From: Balamuthia mandrillaris
Lineage: Eukaryota
Reading direction: 5' to 3'
NCBI GenBank assembly: GCA_031835245.2
Contig: JAVKOQ020000038.1
Span: forward strand, 124,001-188,000
DNA length: 64,000 nucleotides
This document shows, one piece after another, positions 56,440-64,000 of the stretch. The notes beneath the pieces are model-generated. The model made no database searches. It worked only from the letters and a program-made list of their open reading frames with translations, and was not told where the DNA came from. Within the stretch, counting starts at the first letter, position 1. Each line of letters opens with the position of its first letter. Both the position numbers and the translations under genes were made by a program.

Positions 56440-56911
56440 CTGTATCTGCTCTCTCCTTTCTCTAAAGAAGAGTTGTTTACAGGTATACTTGGGCCGCACG
56501 ACGAGTTTGCTTTTTATGAACTGGTGAACATGGTTAACAGCGGTCTCTTGTGCTTTATTCCTGGCGATGGCACTGCTTTGCTTGCTTTTACTCATGTGGA
56601 GGGTTGTCTATTCTCTTCTGTTTTTTTTTTTCTGTTTACTTAATCCTCTGGTTTAATAGATGTGGTGGAGGGAATTGTGCGTGCTCTGCTGGTAGAAGAG
56701 AAGGAAGAGGCTTTTAATCAGACCTATATACTTTCAGTGGATGAAGCTATGACGTACGCTCAGTGGGTTCGGTTCCTAAGCCATGCTTGCGGTCGGTTCT
56801 CTCCATTCCTGCACGTGCCCTTACCTTTGGTCAAAGTGGTGACTGCACTCCTTGCTCCTGTTATGAACCTGGGAAAGGCGTACGTTTCTTCCTCTTCTTA
56901 TGCTCTACCTT

Positions 56912-56948
<37 letters not shown>

Positions 56949-57225
56949 CCCTGACATGTATGCTCAAAACAGGAGAGTATTTATGTATAATACGGAGACA
57001 GTGGATAGAATGAAGGAACATCGCGCTTTTTCAAACAAGAAAGCAAAGCAGTTTCTTGGTTGGCACCCCAAATATAGTCTAACGGAAGCCATGCAGCATA
57101 CCATTGACCATTATTTTGCAACAGGACGCATCAAACGATATCGTTTGTCGCCATTCTTGGTGTTGCTCCTTTCGTTCTTCTGTTTGCTCTCTGTTGGATA
57201 TTTATTTATTTGTTGCTTCAAATGA
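55525..57225 (+). CDS. NAD-dependent epimerase/dehydratase (extended SDR), multi-exon, C-terminal TM
   Basis: VLVTGATGFVG, VVHLAA, NVEGT, YISST, YGRSK..AE, ILRP. Confidence 0.88.
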
Positions 57226-57242
57226 AATGGCAAACTACGATG

Positions 57243-57285
<43 letters not shown>

Positions 57286-57430
57286 TCTCAGAACACTTAC
57301 GAAAAAAATTAGAGCAGAAGAGCAACGAATGGAGTATCACCACTCTCTATTTTGTAAGTTGCTGCTGAAGTATCATTCTTTTTTTGTTTTTTTTTGTTAA
57401 ACAAAAAACTTTAAACACATGTTGCATATG

Positions 57431-60400
57431 CTACAGGAAGCCACTCAGCTTGAGAGCGGTGCCCAAAAATACTAAATGGAACATTCTCGCAATATCTTCC
57501 TTCTTCACTGCCTTTTGTAAAAATGGGTGCTGTATTCAAGAGAAAGACAGAAAGAATAAGGAGAAAGCAAAAACGAATACAAAAAATAACAAATAACAAA
57601 CCTTAAGCAGCTGATCTGCAGTAGAACGAGCAGCAGGATCCACTTGAAGGCACCGCTCCAAAAAGTCCAGAAATACAGCAGACCAACGCCACGGTTCCGA
57701 CAGAGGTGGCGCCCCCACCGTGCCAATGTTCCAAAGAACTCTCAAGCCGCACTCCTTGTTATAAGGGGCTCCTTGGTTGGCCATCTCGTAGACGAGGCAG
57801 CCAAAGCCCCATATGTCCAGCTTTTGGTTGTAGCCCCTCCGCTTGATCATCTCAGGAGCCATGAAGTTCTTGCTCCCTGCCATGCTGTGTTCCACTTTCG
57901 TTCTGGCTTCTCCGCATAGCCCCAAGTCCGCTATTGTATTGTTTATTGAAAAAGAAGAAGCACAAGTGAATACACAGGTCATACAAAACATTACAAATAC
58001 AAACCTAGTTTTACTTCTCCGGTGAGGTGAAGCAGTACGTTATCACACTGATGAACAAAAGAGAGGATTACACTTGTTTGTAGAGAAATCATAAAAGTGA
58101 AACTAAGTGTGATGCATTACCTTGAGGTCTCGATGGATCTGGCCACGAGCGTGCAGGTAAGCAAGCGCTTGCAAGATCTCATGGCAAATGTAGGCAATCT
58201 CGCCTTCTCCCAACTCTACTTCTTCGTATAGCGCCTTCAATGTTCCTCCGTCACAATATTCCATTACCACCTGGCAAATAAACAACAATGAGTTGTTGCT
58301 TGTCTGCACTGTAGCATGAGAATAACAAGGTGAAAAACAATTACCCATGTTGTGTCTTTCCAGTAATATGCTGACACGAAGCGAACAATATTTGGATGGA
58401 TGCACGCGTTCAACAACCTAATTTCTCTTTTGCTGGTCTTCAAGTCCTCATCTCTTTCGCTTTTGATCATCTTTATTGCCACCTGGATGATCAGTACCAA
58501 CATTACAAAAGTAATGTGCATCATCAGTCAACAAAGCGTCCAAATAAATAATAATATTACAAAAAGCAACAAACCCGTTTTTTGTCATGAATCCGATAAG
58601 CAGTGTAGACTTCACCAAAGCCCCTGCGTTATACATCAATGAGAATGCACAATCAAACAAACAAACAGTGCGAGAGACAAACGGTACCCTTCACCGATAG
58701 AGGACCAATCAATATAGTCCTGATGGGGGTCTTTTCGGATCAAAAGCGACTCTTCCTTGGGCAGTGAGTATTTACAATGCAAAAGAAAAAAGAAAAGAGG
58801 AACTTACCAAATTCTTTTGTTTTGGAATCTTTGTCGCTGATGGCAGGTTTTTGTTGTCTGGCGGCGGCATTTTTCTCCCCAACTCCATTTTCATGGCTTG
58901 CTTCTTTTTCTTTTCCTTTCCCGTTTCCCTCTCCATTTCTTCCTTCACCAACATCACTTCCACCACTGCTACTTTTTTTTCTATCGTCGTTGCTGTTGCT
59001 GCAGTTCGTTCCGTTTGTCATTGTACTCCTTTTGTGTAGTCTACGCCTGCGTTGTTCGGTCTTTCTTCGTAACCGCTGCAAGAGGTGATGTTTGTCCGGT
59101 TTGGCTGGCACAAAGGGATGTTGGACATGCTCTCCCGTCTCATACCACAAACAGTTTCTGAAGAGATCGAAATGGGCGACTATATCATCCACGGTTAGGC
59201 CTGCTTCCTTAATGACCGCGTTGGCCTCAGGAGGCAAAGCGTTCAACTCCTGAGCGACGCACATGCGAAAGTGTTCAGCTTCCGCCTGTTGAATAGCCTC
59301 CACCAGTTCCACTTTTTGGGAGGCTTCCTGACGAAGAGGATGAGCCGCGTGGCGAGAGAGATGGCGGAGCACATTGAGGGCTTCCTTTTGGACCATCGCG
59401 TTGCGGGAGAGAGCTAATCCCATTATTGGAGCCACGGACACGTTCTCTGAATTAGTGAGAAGATATAACAAAATAGAATAGAAAAGAGACGTAAGCTTTA
59501 TGCTCGCAGGAATTACGTTTTGAGGTTTGAGGAATGAGGACGAACCAAAGAGCAAGGCATAGGTTGTGTAAAGCGCATAGAATAGGTCGAGCTCTGCCGT
59601 TAGTTGTTGTTGTGGTAAATAAGCGGCGTCTACGGCGTTGTAACACTGTTTTAAATTTACCATAGCATCAATTGCTTCTCCCCAACTATTGAAACATTAT
59701 AACAGAATGCTTAGAGACTAGAAAGTTAGGAGATAAGAGAAAGTAATGAACCTCAGTAATGCAGCTGCAACGTCTTTACCAAGCCTCCGTTCCTGCATTA
59801 CAGCACTTCTTGGACTTAGCGCCACTTTCTGCTCTTCCTTCTTTGTTTTTAATATTTCCTTTCCAGCATCATCCGTTTCCTTCCTTGTGTTCTCCTTCTT
59901 GTTGTTTCTTTCTTTCTCTTCTCGTTGTTTCTTTGGATTGTACTGCAGCAGCTGAAAGAATTGGAAGAACATTTTGACCGCTTTGCAGTAGAGAGCATAA
60001 CTATCTCTGCACTCGGCCTCAGCCGCTTTCACCTTCTCCTCCATCCGTGAGTTCAGCTGTTCCACGAACAGATATTCATGCTCCCATTTCGCTTTCATAA
60101 GAAGGGCTTGTCCCCATTCAAAGTACAGTTTGCGAGCGTGTGGATCGAGGTACATGCTCCTCTTGAACTTTGACTCTGCCGCCATGAACAGCGCTTCTGT
60201 TGATAGTTTTGTTTCTTCAACGTTCGGTTCTGTTTGTTCGGTAGCTTCGTTTGCATTTTGGTGAGTCTCCTCATCCGTTTTCTTTCGTTGTTTATCCTCG
60301 TTTGATGAGGTATCATCCTTCAGAGAGGACGAGGGATCATCCTTCACAGAGCACGATGTCGCCTCCATCTTTTCCTCACCGCTGTTCTCTTTTTCTTTTA

Positions 60401-61438
60401 CTACTTCTCGTTTGTCTTCCTTCTGTTGTTGCAACATTTTTGCAACGATGACCTCTTCCTCTTCTCTTGTCCGCTTTCCTTGCCACATGGCCCAGAAAGC
60501 CAAAGTAGAGCCCCAAACTTTGTACACCTTTGCCAACGCCCTAGCTCCTTCTGGCCACCGCTCATCTTCATCTTCTCCTTCCTCCTTCTGTTGTTCCTGC
60601 TTCACTACGTTCTTGCTCTCTTTCTCCTTGACAAACCGGCGTAAAAAATCTTCAACTGCTTCTCCGTCAGCATCACCACTTTCCTTCAAGGAAGACAGAA
60701 TGATGCTTTTGGCTTTGCCGTATCTCTCCTCCGCCTCCCTCAACAGCGCTCTAACCTCCGTGATGGCTTCTTGTCGCTGCACATCTCCTCTGCTCTGTTG
60801 CTGCACGATCGCTTTGTCCAACGCTTTTGCCAACGTCACCACCGTCTCTCCCCATTTGCAAAATACTTTCCAACTTATTTTGTTTTCCTGCTCTTCTTCT
60901 TGTTCTGCTGTTTCATTTTTTGTGTTTTGATCTTCTCTTTCTCCTTCTCCTTTTTTCTGCTGTTGATTGTTGCTGGAAGAAAGCAGAAAATCGCGACTGT
61001 GAGCACAAAGAAGGACTGTCTCTGTGCTTTGATAAAGGGCCAAAGCCTCACGTATGATGACAATAGCTTCTGTTCCCTGTTTTCCAACAATCAATCACTG
61101 TAACAACAGCGGAGAGAAGAGAAAAGAGAAGAAAGGAAGAGTACCTTTTGTTGAGAAAGGAGTTTTTGGCCTTTTTTGTGGAGTTTGGAGGCTTGGGCAA
61201 AGAAAGGTGTCAAGGTAGCATCAGTGGCTGCATGGGCCTCCTCCTCCGAGTGGGGCCACACCACTGCCTTTGCCTCTTCCTCCTCCTCCTCCTGTGCAGC
61301 TGGCTGTCCTCGTTCTTGTTGAGTGTGTTCAGCGTGGACGAGTCCTCTTGCCTCTGCTTGTTCACTCATCTCCTCTGGAGGAGTTTGTGGGTTGTCAAAG
61401 GTGTCACTGCCACCACTGCTCTCGTTCACCCCCTCCAT
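57431..61438 (-). CDS. STE20/PAK-like Ser/Thr kinase with a long helical N-terminal region, multi-exon
   Basis: VAIK, HPNIV, VMEYCDGG, IHRDLK, ADLG, GSKNFMAPE, DIWGFG, HPFL. Confidence 0.85.
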
Positions 61439-61817
61439 GTGGACGAAGGTGCAAAGTAGCAGAAGAAGAAGAAGAAGAAGAAGAAGAAGGCGATGTTCCA
61501 AGCTTTATTCACCTTCCTTCTCTATCCTCCTCTTGCTACACGGTAGCCGCACTACGTTGTCTGTGCCACTACTCCGTGCCTCAGGGGGAAATAAAAAATA
61601 CACTCCTGAAGTTTCGCTTTCTTTCTTCTTTTTGTTTTTTTTCGTGTCGTCATGTGTACATTGTAAAATATTTTCAGAATGTGAAGAATGCTTAAAAAAT
61701 TTCAGAAAGGCAAGTTATTTTGTCGACACGTGGAATGTTTGGCTGTCTGAGATTCCATGAAGGTACAAAGCTTCGATCCTCCTCCGGCGCTTCGAACGAA
61801 AAAAAAACATTTAAAAA

Positions 61818-62429
61818 CTAGGGTGCTTCTGTTGTGTTGTGTTGCTGAACGGTGGAGGAGGGGGACAGGGTTCGTCTTGAAAAGATGTGCGCATGAAACA
61901 CGTTGAGCACGCTCTTCAGGTGGGTCGGGTTCACGCAGCATATCGTCTCGTAGAGGTGGGCCGGTCTCTCCTTGGCCACGATCTGTGCCACTTGCGCCTC
62001 GTCGAGATCGTGCAGGCTCCACAGAAGGTGATGCTCTATGTCCTTGTCGACGGCGTAGGGGAAGTCGTTGGGCACGAAGGTGTAGTCCTCCTCCATCACG
62101 GAGTTGGAGCTAGTTCTGCTTCTTCGCTCCTCGATTGCACTGGAAGGGACGAAGCGTTTGCCATCATCCTCATCGATCTGGGGCGTCAGGCCAAACTCTC
62201 TGCACAACACAAAGTCCCCAACGGTCTTGTAGTCCCGCTTGAGCTCGGCCACCCGTGCCAGGTAGACCTGCAGGTCCTCCGACAACCGCCCCAGTTGGTC
62301 CAGCTTCTTCTCCACCTCGATGAACCGCTTGAGCTCGTCCCACCGCAGCCGTGTGGGCCGAGTACCATCCCAAACGGACTCTTTCTTCTGCTCTCCGTTC
62401 TCCATAGCGGAGGTTGATGCCCAATTCAT
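61818..62429 (-). CDS. DUF3605 family protein
   Basis: L.W.EL...LGR, NDFPY...IEHHLLWS, VNP..LKSV..VFHAHIF. Confidence 0.75.
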   Translation of the reverse strand: MNWASTSAMENGEQKKESVWDGTRPTRLRWDELKRFIEVEKKLDQLGRLSEDLQVYLARVAELKRDYKTVGDFVLCREFGLTPQIDEDDGKRFVPSSAIEERRSRTSSNSVMEEDYTFVPNDFPYAVDKDIEHHLLWSLHDLDEAQVAQIVAKERPAHLYETICCVNPTHLKSVLNVFHAHIFSRRTLSPSSTVQQHNTTEAP

Positions 62430-62963
62430 ATTCGCTAGCAAGAAACCGTGCGTTAACTTTTTATTTTTTTCCGGGTAATGTTTCGCGTGATGGCTTTTGA
62501 TGACGTGTGACAGCACAGATCGACGTCGATCATCCAAAGAAGATTTTGTGCAAACCACCAATCAAAAATCAAAAGAAGAGATCTTCCACGTCGACAAAAA
62601 TCCAGAGATCGTCCGCAAAAAATCGAACGGGTTAGCAGAAAAACCGAAAGGCCAATCAACCGTCGCCTCCACTACCTGTGTTTTATTTTATTTTTTTGTT
62701 GGGTGGTTTTCTTTGTTTTATAAAGCGCTGTCAAATCTTTTTTTTTGTTGGTTTTTTTTTTTAAAAAAAGAGTGTGTAACGCTTCCTGCCTCGTGCCGCC
62801 GGCTGTTGCCTCTTTTTTTTTTTGTTTTTGTTTCTCTCCTCCTTCTTTACTGCTGTACATTTATTGGGGAGGAAGCAACAAAAAAAAAACACAAAGCAAG
62901 AAGAACATAAACGAGGAAAAGAAAGGCGGACTAGCGAACGAAAGTCAGAAACATACAAAGAAG

Positions 62964-63469
62964 ATGGAGGTGGACTTGAATACCGATCTTCTTGATGGGA
63001 TTGTGATCGATGAAGCACCGGAAGGACCTGCAGTTGCTGCAAGCAGCAGTGCTGCTTCTTCTTCGTCGGCAGATGCTTTGCCCGTTCTTCCCGTGGGAAC
63101 GATCACAGACCAACCTTTTGAGTTCGAGTTGAGAGAAATAAAAGAAGAGGAGGAGGAAGAAGCGGGGAAGAAACAAAAAGAAGAAGAGGAAGCTGCTGTT
63201 GAAGAGGAAATTCCAGAAGAAGAAGAAGCAGAAGAGGAAGAAAAGGAGAAGGAGAAAGAGACAGAAGGAACCGTGGAGGAGGAAGAAAATGATAAGGGAA
63301 AAGGCAAAGAACCTGCTGCCCCACAGGAAAGCTCGGAGGAGAAGGAACGGAGGTTGAAGAGAGAGAAGGAGGCTAAGGCTTTGCCTCCATTGCAGCCGTT
63401 ACCCGCTCCTGCTGTCAATAAGATCTTTGAAAGGCTCCCCGAAGAAATGCGGCTGTCTATCACCGATAC

Positions 63470-63509
<40 letters not shown>

Positions 63510-64000
63510 CTATCTTTCTCTCTTTCTCTCTTTCTCTCTTTCTCTCTTTCGTAAATATAATAACATGAACAAAATGGAGCAGATGAGACACCCGCTGACG
63601 AGCTTCCATTCCAACCGAGAGAGAAAAGCGTGAATCCACCCTCCAAGAACGAGAGACGAGTCGAACTGAGCTTCCCTCCACCACCCACTCCACCAAAGAC
63701 GGAGGAAGAGATGGAGAAGGAGAGGAAGCAACAAGAAAAGGAGGAGCTCGCCAGAAGGAAGAAAGAGCAAAAGGAGATCGAACAGCTCAACAAGATGGCT
63801 TTTATGGACGACAAGCAAAGGTTGAAAGCGGAGGAAAAAATGAGGAAGGAGAAGGAGAAGGACGAGAAGAAGGAGAAGGAGAAAGCTGCTAAAGCAGAGA
63901 CCTCACGAATGGCTGCCATATCCAACAGATCGGGTCAGCTGGATGCTAAGCTGAAGGAAGCTAAGCAAATAGCCGCACAAAAGGCAGAGGAGGAGTTGCG
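62964..64000 (+). CDS. Acidic / coiled-coil protein, runs off the window
   Basis: E/K-rich exons separated by a (TC)n intron. Confidence 0.55.

Overview
Intron-rich eukaryotic (protist, probably amoebozoan; this is an inference) genomic DNA with many (GA/TC)n microsatellites. A ~20.5-kb intron-less, gene-dense endogenous virus (about 17509-38056) interrupts the 3' part of a host PH-SAM-PB1 gene. The element has a full Polinton/Maverick-type virion module (double jelly-roll MCP, penton, packaging ATPase, adenain protease, core proteins, fibre) and an rve integrase. It has no recognisable protein-primed PolB. Instead it encodes an AEP primase fused to a UL9/OBP-like SF2 helicase and a separate small HUH (Rep-like) endonuclease. 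It carries six dispersed palindromic intergenic repeats that look like origins, and non-canonical ends (terminal/subterminal inverted repeat, short direct repeats, candidate 4-bp TSD). It is decaying: 11 inferred premature stops, all TGA (a CpG-deamination signature), a solo LTR in the ATPase and a 109-bp highly structured insert in the MCP. Host genes include an HTTM-like protein, an RWP-RK factor, a PH protein, a giant-virus-type ankyrin protein, cytochrome c peroxidase, GT-A glycosyltransferases, viperin, a JmjC protein, a CLU-LRR protein, a rearranged CK1 pseudogene, an extended SDR, a STE20-like kinase and DUF3605. All calls are by motif recognition without database searches, and exon boundaries of host genes are approximate.
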